Positions 30,295-39,741 of a DNA stretch of 64,000 bases are shown piece by piece; position 1 is the stretch's first letter, and every line of letters starts with the position of its first letter. Below the pieces are notes generated by a model, which saw only the letters and a list, made by a program, of their open reading frames with translations, had not been told where the DNA came from and did no database searches. The stretch is taken from assembly GCA_963717865.1 (NCBI GenBank), contig CAVQXL010000005.1, forward strand, positions 408,255-472,254, in the 5' to 3' direction. A program made the translations under genes and the position numbers. The stretch comes from Candidatus Aminicenantes bacterium. Its GTDB lineage: Bacteria; Acidobacteriota; Aminicenantia; Aminicenantales; Saccharicenantaceae.

Positions 30295-31353
30295 GTGCTC
30301 ATCAGGCCTTCCCCGCTCCCATGGCTCCCTCAGATCCCTATGCTCCTCCTGGTCATTATGCTTCTCATGATCCCTTCCTTGGCCGGGGCGGGAGAACGGA
30401 AACCCAAGGGCACGTTCGGGATCTTCGTGGAGAACGACGTTTTCGCCCTCAGCGACGGCGGCTATACCAACGGCGTCGATCTCGTCTGGCTTTCTCCGGC
30501 CCTCGACGCCGGCGGCGGACGCGTCCTCCGCTGGTTCGACGGGCTCAGCCGGAAGCTCGAACGGACGCCCGGGTCCTCCTCGCGGCGGTACATCTCGTTC
30601 TTCCTCGGCCAGCGGATGTACACCCCCGAGGACATCACTCGCCGGGACCTCGTCGAGGACGACCGGCCCTACGCCGGGGTCCTGTCGGCGGGATTGGGGT
30701 TCCACTTCCGGAAGGGGGACTCGATGGACAGCCTCCGGTTGGAGGCCGGCATCGTCGGGCCGCATTCCTTCGCCGGAGACATCCAGACGTTTCTCCATAG
30801 AGTGTTCGGCTGGAAAGCTCCCGAGGGCTGGGCCCATCAGCTCAAGGACGAACCGATCCTCGGCCTCGGATACGACCACCGGCAGAAGCTCCGGGCGGTT
30901 GCCGGCGCGGCGGGCCCGGCCTGGGAGCTCATCGGTCACGGGGGAGGCAACCTATCGAACCTCTTCACCGCCCTCGGAGGCGGGCTCGAGATCAGGGCGG
31001 GCTGGGACCTGCCCTCGGACCTCGGGGCCTCCCTCATCGGGCCGGCGGGCGACGCCGCGGCCTTTCTCGTGGAACCCGAACCCCCGCCGTCGGAGTCCGG
31101 CCGCGTCGGGTTTCATATTTTCGCGGCCCTCGACGTCCACCTCGTCGCCCGGGACCTCCTGCTCGACGGGAACACGTTCCGGAGCAGTCACCGTGTGGAT
31201 AAGGAATTGCTCACGGCCGATCTCGCGGCGGGGCTGGCGCTCAGCTACAAGCGCTTCAAGGCCTGCCTGTCCTATACCTACCAGACCCGGCGGTTCGCAG
31301 GCCAGCACCTCAAGCCGCTCTTCGGCTCCCTCGACATCGTCATGAGATTTTAA
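30295..31353 (+). CDS. lpxR: Lipid A deacylase LpxR-family (DUF2219) outer-membrane protein
   Basis: Intact 352-aa ORF with a GTG start behind GGAAGGAG. Recognised motifs: FVENDVFALSDGGYTNG, DDRPYAGVL, GIVGPHSFAGDIQTFLHRVFG, PEGWAHQLKDEP. Confidence 0.7.
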   Translation: MLIRPSPLPWLPQIPMLLLVIMLLMIPSLAGAGERKPKGTFGIFVENDVFALSDGGYTNGVDLVWLSPALDAGGGRVLRWFDGLSRKLERTPGSSSRRYISFFLGQRMYTPEDITRRDLVEDDRPYAGVLSAGLGFHFRKGDSMDSLRLEAGIVGPHSFAGDIQTFLHRVFGWKAPEGWAHQLKDEPILGLGYDHRQKLRAVAGAAGPAWELIGHGGGNLSNLFTALGGGLEIRAGWDLPSDLGASLIGPAGDAAAFLVEPEPPPSESGRVGFHIFAALDVHLVARDLLLDGNTFRSSHRVDKELLTADLAAGLALSYKRFKACLSYTYQTRRFAGQHLKPLFGSLDIVMRF

Positions 31354-31357
31354 TGGT

Positions 31358-31439
31358 GACACAATACCAATTTCCGAATTAGCCGTTTATCCAGGGGGAA
31401 ATCGGCTTGATTTACAAATTAGGAATTTGGTATTGTGTC
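31358..31439. repeat. Long inverted repeat (18-nt arms, 17/18 complementary) in an AT-rich spacer
   Basis: GACACAATACCAATTTCC (31358-31375) pairs with GGAATTTGGTATTGTGTC (31422-31439). The 46-nt loop holds a smaller AGCCG/CGGCT hairpin. The right arm covers the GTG 31435 start. Confidence 0.85.
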
Positions 31440-32247
31440 TCCAATAATGATCATCGCCGTCATTGCCGGTTTGTTCCTCTTGGCCTGCCTCGGGCTGAGC
31501 CTTCGGCCCGCTCCGTTCGCGCCGCACGCCGCGCGGACGCCCGCCCTCAGGACGGTCCCCCTGCCCGCGGGGCTCCCCGAGCCCGTGAACAGGTTCTACC
31601 GCAAGGTCTATGGGGACGCCGTCCCCGTCATCGAATCGGTCGTCATCACCGGAAGGGCCACGATCCGCCCCGTCATGCGCATCCCTCTTCCCGCGCGCTT
31701 CGTCTTCATCCATGACGCCGGGAAAGCCTACAGGCACTACATCGAGGCCACCTTCTTCACCCTGCCGTTCCTTAGGGTGAACGAGGGGATCGTGGACGGG
31801 AAGAGCTTCTTCGAGGCCCCCTTCGGCGCGAGCCACGACGATCCCAACACGAACCAGGGCGCCAATCTCGCCCTTTGGGCGGAGGCTGCCTGGTTCCCGT
31901 CGATCTTCATCACCGATCCTCGGGTACGCTGGGAGCCCGTCGACGCCGACGCCGCCCTCCTGTTCGTTCCGTACGGAAATACGATGGAGACATTCGTCGT
32001 CAGGTTCGATCCTGAAACCGGGCTCATGGACACGATGGAAGCGATGCGGTTCCGGAATCCCGGGGACAAGGCGAAGATCCTCTGGATCACCCGGCACGAG
32101 AATGGGAAGGCCATCCCGGGCACCTCCCTGAGCGCCGTCGGCTCGGCCCTGTGGCTCGACCAGGGCAGGCCCTGGGCGACATTCAGGGTCGAGGACTTGG
32201 TCGCCAACGTGGACGTGAGCACCTATGTCCGGGGGCGGGGAAGATAG
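31435..32247 (+). CDS. Hypothetical membrane-anchored protein (resembles DUF6544)
   Basis: Intact ORF; the start is GTG 31435 or ATG 31447. It has an N-terminal TM helix, then ..LPEPVNRFYRKV.. and ..LALWAEAAWFPSIFITDPRVRWEPVDADAA.., which fit my recollection of DUF6544. Confidence 0.5.
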   Translation: MSPIMIIAVIAGLFLLACLGLSLRPAPFAPHAARTPALRTVPLPAGLPEPVNRFYRKVYGDAVPVIESVVITGRATIRPVMRIPLPARFVFIHDAGKAYRHYIEATFFTLPFLRVNEGIVDGKSFFEAPFGASHDDPNTNQGANLALWAEAAWFPSIFITDPRVRWEPVDADAALLFVPYGNTMETFVVRFDPETGLMDTMEAMRFRNPGDKAKILWITRHENGKAIPGTSLSAVGSALWLDQGRPWATFRVEDLVANVDVSTYVRGRGR

Positions 32248-32257
32248 GCGTGCCGGG

Positions 32258-32869
<612 letters not shown>

Positions 32870-32970
32870 GTCTCCCCGTCCGAACGGGACCCGGCGATCG
32901 ACCGGGAACATCGCTTGCGCCCTTCCCGGGATTTCCTTACAATGACGAGGTGGCTTCCACCTGCCTCGTC

Positions 32971-35134
32971 ATGGATGAATCCTCCCACCCCGGCTCGCCC
33001 CTGGAATGGTGGTTCGTCCACGGCTACTACGAAAGCGCCGCTCTTTCGCGCCGCTATTTCATGACGACGCTCTTTCGCCACGGCGTCATGACCGGAGGCG
33101 AACAGGCGCCGGGAGAGCTTCTCGTATCTCCAATCGGACCTGGACATCGAGGGCCCGCGGCTCTCGGTGGCGTCGCGCTTCGACCGCGCCTTTCATGAAG
33201 CCCTGCTGGCCAGGGACCCGAACACTCTCACCTACAATATCGACCCGCGCATCATCCGGGCGTTTCACGACGAGCTGAAGAACGGCGGGCTGCTGTCCGA
33301 CGCGTTCGAGATGACCGAAGATCCGGCCGTGCTGAGGACGAGCCCCTTCTCCGCCCGCTGGCAGGATTTCCAGCTTTCTCAGAACAAGTCCGATTTCGTC
33401 CTCCGCTTCCGTGAATCCGGGGAAAAGGCCGCCTGCCGGTTCCGGCTCTCCCCCGAAAAGCCGGGTTGCGACGTGGAGGCCTTCCGCAAACGCGGAGACG
33501 CCGACCGCGGCATGTTCTATAACGTTTATCCCCGATTGCGCCTCGAAGGCCGGCGCGGCCGCGACCCGGTCCGGGGGCTCGCCTGGATCGATCATCAGTG
33601 GGGCGACCCGGACAGCCTTATGGAGGATGCCGGCGTCAAGCGGGTCAGGGCCTGGGACTGGTTCGCCATCAATTTCGAAAACGGCGACGACTGGCTGGTC
33701 TATGTCATCAAAGACGCCCAGCGAGGAAGCCCTCTCGCCCGGATGGTCCTCGCCTTCGACGCGCACGGAGGCGTCCGGTCCTTGAGGGATTTCACCCTGG
33801 AACCGACGGAGTTTTGGGAAAGCCCGCGGACCTTCATTCGATATCCGGTCGGCTGGCGGATCAAGGTTCCCGAGATGGCCGCGGAAGTGGTTTTCCGTCC
33901 CTTCGCGGCCGACCAGGAGATTCCCGTCTACGGGATCCATAGGGCGGTATGGGAAGGCGCGGGAGACGTTTCCGCGAGTCATCGGCAGACGCCGGGTGAA
34001 GGGCACGGCCCGCGGAGAGTTCCACGGGTACGGCTATATCTTCGGCGTCCGCGATTATTTCAAGGCCCGCGTCGAGCGCGTGGACCGGAATATCGAGTCC
34101 TTCCTTCCGAAGACCTACCTCCCTTCCGGCGATCGAGCGCATGGTCGGGCCCGACGGCCGGGCGATCTCTCCCGAAACCTATACGAAGATGCTGGCCCAA
34201 CCCGCCTGGGACCTTCTGTCGCGCGGCGGCAAACGCTGGCGGCCTATGTTCGCGCTCTATCTCCTCGAGGCCCTGGGCGTCGCCCCCCAGGTCTACGAGC
34301 AATTCGTCTGCGTGATGGCCGAGCTCTGCCATGCCGGAGCCCTGATCATCGACGATATCGAGGACGCTTCCGCCCTGCGCCGGGGCGAACCCTGCATCCA
34401 CCTCCGCTACGGCCTGGACGTCGCCATCAGCTCCGCGAATACGCTCTACTTCCTGCCGTCGCTCCTGATCAGGGAACATCCCGGTCTCGACGATGCGCAG
34501 CGTCTCAAGATGCATGAGATCTACGTGCGTCAGATGGTCCGCGCCCACTTCGGCCAGGCCATGGACCTCTTCTGGTCGCGGAACATGAGCGAGTCCCATA
34601 TCCGCGAGTGGCTGAAGGACAACGGGCCCGAATCCATTCTCGAGATGTACGCCATGAAGACCGGGGCGCCGCTCGAGGGCCTGGCGGAGATGTGCGCGGT
34701 GGTCGCCGGCGCCGAACCGTCCGTCCGCGACGCCTGCCGGGCTTTCGCGCGGTCCCTCAGCATCGGATTCCAGATCCTGGACGACATCCACGGCTATGGT
34801 CGATTCCTCCGAATGGAAGAAGGTCCGCGGCGAGGACATCGCGGAAGGGAAATGGACGCATGTCCTGTTCAAGGCCCTGAAGGCGCTTCCCCCGAAGGAC
34901 CGCGACCGCCTCGCGGCCATCGTCGGCCGGAAGGAACTGCGTCAACGGAGCGAGGAGCTCGAGACCGCCATCGATCTCGTGAAACGGTCGGGAGCCCTGA
35001 CCGCCTGCCGCGACGAAGCGCTCGCGATGGTCGATAAGAGCTGGAAAGAGGTCCGCCCCTATCTCAGGCCCTCGGAAGCGAGAGTCATGCTCACCCTGCT
35101 CTATAAGGACTTGATGGATCTGAAATTCGATTGA
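32971..35134 (+). pseudogene. Fusion of an AttH/CrtC-like (carotenoid 1,2-hydratase / lipocalin-like) domain and a polyprenyl diphosphate synthase, four frame breaks
   Basis: N-terminal half: PLEWWFVHGYY.., GLAWIDHQWGD, WDWFAINFENGDDWLVYV, GTARGEFHGYGYI. It continues without a stop into ..RVERVDRNIESFLPK..LLSRGGKRWRPMF..HAGALIIDDIEDAS (first DDxxD)..FQILDDIHG (second motif)..GEDIAEGKWTHV... Extra bases lie at 33118, 33974, 34122 and 34795. Confidence 0.7.
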
Positions 35135-36135
35135 CGGGCTTGTCCGGAGCCGCGTAAAAATCGCCTTCGATATCACGGCCTTGGCGGATGGCGGCCGCGA
35201 CGTCGGCCGTCATCGACCTCATCAGCAGAAGAAGCGGGCTCGGGTCCCGCGGCGAGGTCCGGCGGACCGCTTCTTCGCACTGCCGGAAGAACTTCCAGAT
35301 CTCTTCCTCCGGATCGGCGGCCACGGTCATGTAGGTCGACCGGCCCCGGGCCCGGTCGCGAACGACGTCCGAAGCGTCATCCGAGCGCCAGGAACCAGAC
35401 AAAAAATGGCCGCAGGGCTTCGGCAAGCTCAGGGGGGACCTCGGACAGAAGGGCCGTCGAGTACGATTCTCCGGTTCAGCTCCGCTTTCCCCTCGAGGAG
35501 GACGGCGGCTTCCTCGGGCTTGAAAGGCCGGCTGTAGAATTCCATGGACTTTTGCCAGATCTGGAACATCTTCTCAAATCGGCCTTTCCGTTTGGCCAAG
35601 GTCGTTGGTCAGGGCGGTCAGGTGGCCCAGAAGCCTGAACCGCGGCTCGGGGGGATCGGCGGATCTCAAGCTGCGATAGAGGATTTCCTGCGGGACCTCG
35701 TCGACAAGATCGTTCCACTCCCGGTGGACGAAAGTCAGCAGGATCAAGAGACGGACGTCGTCCTCGTCCGGGAGAGATTCCGTACGCGGCGAGAAGACGC
35801 ATCCAGATCTCGAGACTGATCCAGGCGAACGGCACGAAACGCGGGTATAGAGACGATCTCCGCCTGCCCGAGGCGGCGCATACCGATTCCGGAACGCTCT
35901 CGGCGAATACGGCATCGCACGTTTTCAACGAACGGATCAGGCTGAGCCGGCTGGACCGGTTCCTCAGCAGGTCGACGGATTCGGGCGTCCGGCCCTTGCT
36001 GTTCCCGGAGCGCTGTTTCCGGAGAAAGGCGCGGCCGTCCGGGCTCAAAGACGCGTAGGCCAGGGCGAAATCGACCAGACACAAAAAAACCGGGCATCCT
36101 TCCCAGGGGCATCTCATTCTCATTGACATGCTCAC
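35091..36135 (-). pseudogene. Unassigned, multiply frame-shifted ORF (hypothetical)
   Basis: Protein-like stretches are scattered over all three minus frames. Examples: ..FLCLVDFALAYASLSPDGRAFLRKQ.., ..ISLEIWMRLLAAYGISPDEDDVRLLILLTFVHREWNDLVDEV.., ..KRKGRFEKMFQIWQKSMEFYSRPFKPEEAAVLLEG.., ..EEIWKFFRQCEEAVRR... No family recognised and the boundaries are uncertain. Confidence 0.3.
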
Positions 36136-36194
36136 TGATCGCTGTCAAGTCCGATAATATCACTCTTCAAAGCTCTTCGCGAGAATATCAAGCC

Positions 36195-36219
36195 GGAGAT
36201 TTAGGGAGATTCGGAGATT
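36195..36219 (+). repeat. Three GGAGATT copies in the 5' leader of the SH3b-barrel gene
   Basis: GGAGATT occurs at 36195, 36205 and 36213. The real RBS AAGGAGG follows at ~36230, before ATG 36241. Confidence 0.7.
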
Positions 36220-36240
36220 CCATTCGAAAAAGGAGGGGCA

Positions 36241-37177
36241 ATGAAGAAGATCGCGCTGATGGGATTGGTGTTATTGACATCGATCTGTCTGTTCGCCGGG
36301 ACCCAGGACACTTATGTTCTCAAGGTCAAAGTCCAGGTCGCCAACGTCCGTTCCGAGCCCGACCTGAACGCTCCGGTGATCGGTCAGGTGAAGATGGGAG
36401 AGCTTTTCGAGGCCACGAACAGGATCGAATCGTTTTTCGAGATCACCATCACCGATAAGGCGGGAAATACGGTCACGGGCTATATCCATTCCGGAGTGGT
36501 GAACGTCATCAGCGGCGGAGAGCCCACCGAGGAGACGAAGCCCGCCGTTCGCCAGGAACGGAAGCCGGTCGCCGAGGAACAATCCCAGGTCCCCACTTAC
36601 GTTGGGGACGACCGCCCCAAGAGGCTGATCCTCCGGGTGGGGATGACCATGTCCAACGTCTCCTTGTCCGAGGCGATTGCCCGCCGGATTCACCAAGTCG
36701 TCCCGCATGGGATTCGGGGCCGGCATCGGATACGAATTCGGCGGCCCCAATTTCTGCATCGAAGTCGGCGCCATTTACGTGCCGGGGGGCTTCAAGATCA
36801 AAGGGACGTTCGAGGATAAGCCGGTAAAGGTCTCCGTCGCCGGGGCCGGGATCGGAGCCTCCATCCTGGCCAAGTTCAAGTTCATGCCCGGCTCGACCCC
36901 TTATGTCTTCGGCGGCGCGGACGCCGGCTATCTCCTCAGCCAGAAGACCACCGTCGTGGCGGCCGGGGAGACTCAATCGAGCACCGATATGGAGGGGATC
37001 AACCGGATCGCTTACGGCCTGGATTTCGGAGCGGGATACGAGCTCCACATGCAAGGGATGGTTCTTCTCGTCGAGGCCAAGTACTATCTCGGTCTTTCCA
37101 ATCAGATCAAGGACCCGGAAGAGGGCGCTTACATCAAGCCCAACGGGATCACGATCGGAGTCGGGATCAAGCTTTAA
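36241..37177 (+). pseudogene. Outer-membrane beta-barrel protein with N-terminal SH3b domain, one frame break
   Basis: Signal peptide MKKIALMGLVLLTSICLFAG. SH3b-like VANVRSEPDLNAPVIGQVKMGELFEA. A Glu/Pro-rich linker follows, then (after an extra base at 36676) a porin-type barrel (..GFGAGIGYEF..AYGLDFGAGYEL..ITIGVGIKL*) in listed ORF 36677..37177. Confidence 0.65.
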
Positions 37178-37398
37178 AAGATCGCCGATAACGGAGTTCT
37201 TCGATCGGGACCTAGCGCGGGGGACGCTTGTATTCCTCCATGGTCTTCAAGTATCCCGCGCGATCCTCGTCGGACTAGGCCAGCGCTTAGGCCAGCTCGA
37301 GGTCTCGGAGACGGTTCCGACCATCCTTAGACACGACAACCCGGGACAAATAGGTTAGAATCACCGCCGGCCCCTTAGTTCGACCAGGAGGACGCGAT

Positions 37399-38700
37399 AT
37401 GAATTCAAAGCAGAGATCCCGGTTCCGCGCCGGGAGGGCGCCCGCGGCCCTCATTCTCGGGCTGGTCCTGGCGTCCCAGCTTGACGCCGCGGCCTTGCCC
37501 AAGGCCAAGCCCGCCGAAGTCGGGATGTCCGCCGAGCGCCTCGCGCGCCTCGGCCGCGCGATGCAGACGTATGTGGATGACGACAGGACCAAGGGCGTCG
37601 TCGTGCTCCTCATGCGGAACGGCAAGGTCGTCTATCACGAGGCGTTCGGCAAGCTCGATCCGGAGAAGGGCACGCCCATGCCTCCCGACGCCATCTTCCG
37701 CATCGCTTCCCAGACGAAGGCGATAACAACCGCCGCCGTTATGACGCTCTTCGAGGAGGGCCGGTTCCTCCTCGACAGCCCCATCTCGAAGTTCATCCCC
37801 GAGCTCGCCGGCGCCCGGGTGGCCGTCCCGGCCGCGGAAAAGGGGGCGAAGGGGTATGCGACGGTCCCGGTGAAGAGGCCCATCACCATCCGCGACCTCC
37901 TAACCCATACCGCCGGGATCTCCTACGGCGAAGGGCCGGCCGAGGAGGAGTACCTGAAGGCGGGCGTTCATGGCTGGAACCTGTCGGCCAAGGACATCAC
38001 CATCGACGAGTACATCAAGAAGCTCACCGCCCTCCCGTTCGACGCTCAACCGGGAGAGCAATGGGTCTACGGCTACAACACCGACATCCTCGGCCTTCTG
38101 ATCGAGCGCGTCTCGGGAACGAGCCTGGACGATTACATCCGGAGGACGATCACCGGGCCTCTCGGCATGACCGACACGCACTTCTTCCTGCCGGAGGCGA
38201 AGATCGGGCGCTTCACGCCGGTTTACGGGGCCGGCGAGGACGGCACGCTCAAGCTTGTCGAGGCCGCGGCGGACAACCCTTACGTCAACGGGCCCCGGAA
38301 GTGCTTTGGCGGAGGGGCGGGGCTCCTCGCTTCGGCCGATAACTATGCCCGGTTCCTCCAGATGCTCCTCAACGGAGGCGAATTGGGCGGCGTCCGGATC
38401 CTCGGCCCGAAAACCGTCGAGCTGATGACCGCCGACCATGTCGGGAATCTCTACGAGGGCGGTTCGGAAGGCTTCGGCTTGGGATTCACCGTGACGACGA
38501 GGCTCGGCCGCAACGGGTTGCCCGGCACGCCGGGGACATACGGCTGGGGCGGGGCCTATCTGACGGGCTATTGGGTCGATCCCGTCGAGAAGCTCGTCGG
38601 CGTCTTCATGACCCAGTTGCTGCCGTCGGGCGGGATCGATATCAAGAACAAGTTCAAAGCGATGGCCTATCAGTCCATCGTCGAAACCTACGAGCGCTGA
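37399..38700 (+). CDS. Beta-lactamase-fold serine hydrolase
   Basis: Intact 433-aa ORF with an AGGAGG RBS and a signal peptide. SxxK motif ASQTK. The YGYN and GGGAG regions are typical of the class C/esterase family. Confidence 0.85.
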   Translation: MNSKQRSRFRAGRAPAALILGLVLASQLDAAALPKAKPAEVGMSAERLARLGRAMQTYVDDDRTKGVVVLLMRNGKVVYHEAFGKLDPEKGTPMPPDAIFRIASQTKAITTAAVMTLFEEGRFLLDSPISKFIPELAGARVAVPAAEKGAKGYATVPVKRPITIRDLLTHTAGISYGEGPAEEEYLKAGVHGWNLSAKDITIDEYIKKLTALPFDAQPGEQWVYGYNTDILGLLIERVSGTSLDDYIRRTITGPLGMTDTHFFLPEAKIGRFTPVYGAGEDGTLKLVEAAADNPYVNGPRKCFGGGAGLLASADNYARFLQMLLNGGELGGVRILGPKTVELMTADHVGNLYEGGSEGFGLGFTVTTRLGRNGLPGTPGTYGWGGAYLTGYWVDPVEKLVGVFMTQLLPSGGIDIKNKFKAMAYQSIVETYER

Positions 38701-38706
38701 CCCGGC

Positions 38707-39705
38707 TCAGGTCGCGGGCAGGTACTTCTTCGGGAAGCGGGCGAGGACCGTGTAGTTGGGGTCGACGGCCTGGGAGACCTGGGCTTTCCCGACCTGGGAA
38801 AGCAATTGATAGGCGTCCATCATGTCGAAGCCGTAATCCGCGACGAGCCAATCGACCATCCCCTTGTGGGCGATGCGAAAAGCGTCCTCGAGGGGCCGGT
38901 AACAGCCCATGGTCATGATCTCCGTGTCGCTCTCGATGCGCGGCCAGGAGATCGACTTGCCCTTGATGACGTCCACCTGCAGGCGGACGTTCAGGGCCGC
39001 CTCGACGGCGGTGCTGATGATCTCGCCGTCGCCCTGGACCAGATGCCCGTCGCCGAAATAGAGAAGCGCGCCCTTCTCGTTGACCGGGAGGTAGACCGTG
39101 TTGCCTTCGCAGACCTCCGGGCAGTCCATGTTCCCCCCGTAGGCCTCCGGCGTCACGGACCATCGGACCTCGCCCCTCGCCGGGGCCACGCCCAGACAGC
39201 CCAGGAACGGCCGCATCGGGATGTCCGCGGTCTGGGTCCCCTTCAGGGCCCTGAACTTCACGGTCCCCTTCGCCTTGTCCACGTCGTACCACCAGACCCT
39301 TTCCGGGAGCGCCTCGTGGAGCATGGCCGTGTAGTCCGTCGCGGTCAGGGCGCCGAAGAACGGGAACGAACTGCTGATGCCGTAGGGGAGCGCCGGCTCG
39401 AGCTTCAGGATGCGGACGGAGAGGACGTCGCCCGGCTCCGCGCCCTCGATGAAGAACGGGCCCGTCTGCGGGTTGTCGTGATTCGCCGGGATGATCTTCG
39501 AAGGGATGTCGGCCGGGCTCTTGACCAGGCCGTCATAACAGTCCTCGGTCCACGATTCGATGATAGTCCCGGGCTTGACGCTCAGGACCGGCGCATGGCC
39601 CCCGAACGTGTACTTCAGCTCGTCGTGCTTCGGGATGTACCGCACGGTCTGCGCCCCGAGCGCAACCGCGGGGATTACGGCCATGAGCAAGACGGCCATG
39701 GACAA
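38707..39705 (-). CDS. Acetamidase/formamidase family protein
   Basis: Intact 332-aa ORF with a signal-like N-terminus. Motifs: NPQTGPFFIEGAEPGD, GGNMDCPE, and FGDGHLVQGDGEI, as I recall for FmdA/AmdA. Confidence 0.75.
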   Translation of the reverse strand: MSMAVLLMAVIPAVALGAQTVRYIPKHDELKYTFGGHAPVLSVKPGTIIESWTEDCYDGLVKSPADIPSKIIPANHDNPQTGPFFIEGAEPGDVLSVRILKLEPALPYGISSSFPFFGALTATDYTAMLHEALPERVWWYDVDKAKGTVKFRALKGTQTADIPMRPFLGCLGVAPARGEVRWSVTPEAYGGNMDCPEVCEGNTVYLPVNEKGALLYFGDGHLVQGDGEIISTAVEAALNVRLQVDVIKGKSISWPRIESDTEIMTMGCYRPLEDAFRIAHKGMVDWLVADYGFDMMDAYQLLSQVGKAQVSQAVDPNYTVLARFPKKYLPAT

Positions 39706-39741
39706 GATATTGAACGAGGTTGCTTCGCATGGGTCCCTCCT

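Noticed and set aside
31358-31439. MITE or other mobile element (and, more generally, any IS, integron or prophage in the window).
   Set aside because: There is no target-site duplication flanking the inverted repeat. No second copy is present in the window. No transposase, integrase or recombinase gene occurs anywhere in the 64 kb.
37200-37330. Minus-strand reading ..VVVSKDGRNRLRDLELA*ALA*SDEDRAGYLKTMEEYKRPPR*, which looks like a gene remnant with in-frame stops (possible antitoxin-like relic).
   Set aside because: It is only about 40 codons, with no start or RBS, and two stops 4 codons apart. It overlaps the promoter region of the 37399 gene and cannot be distinguished from chance.
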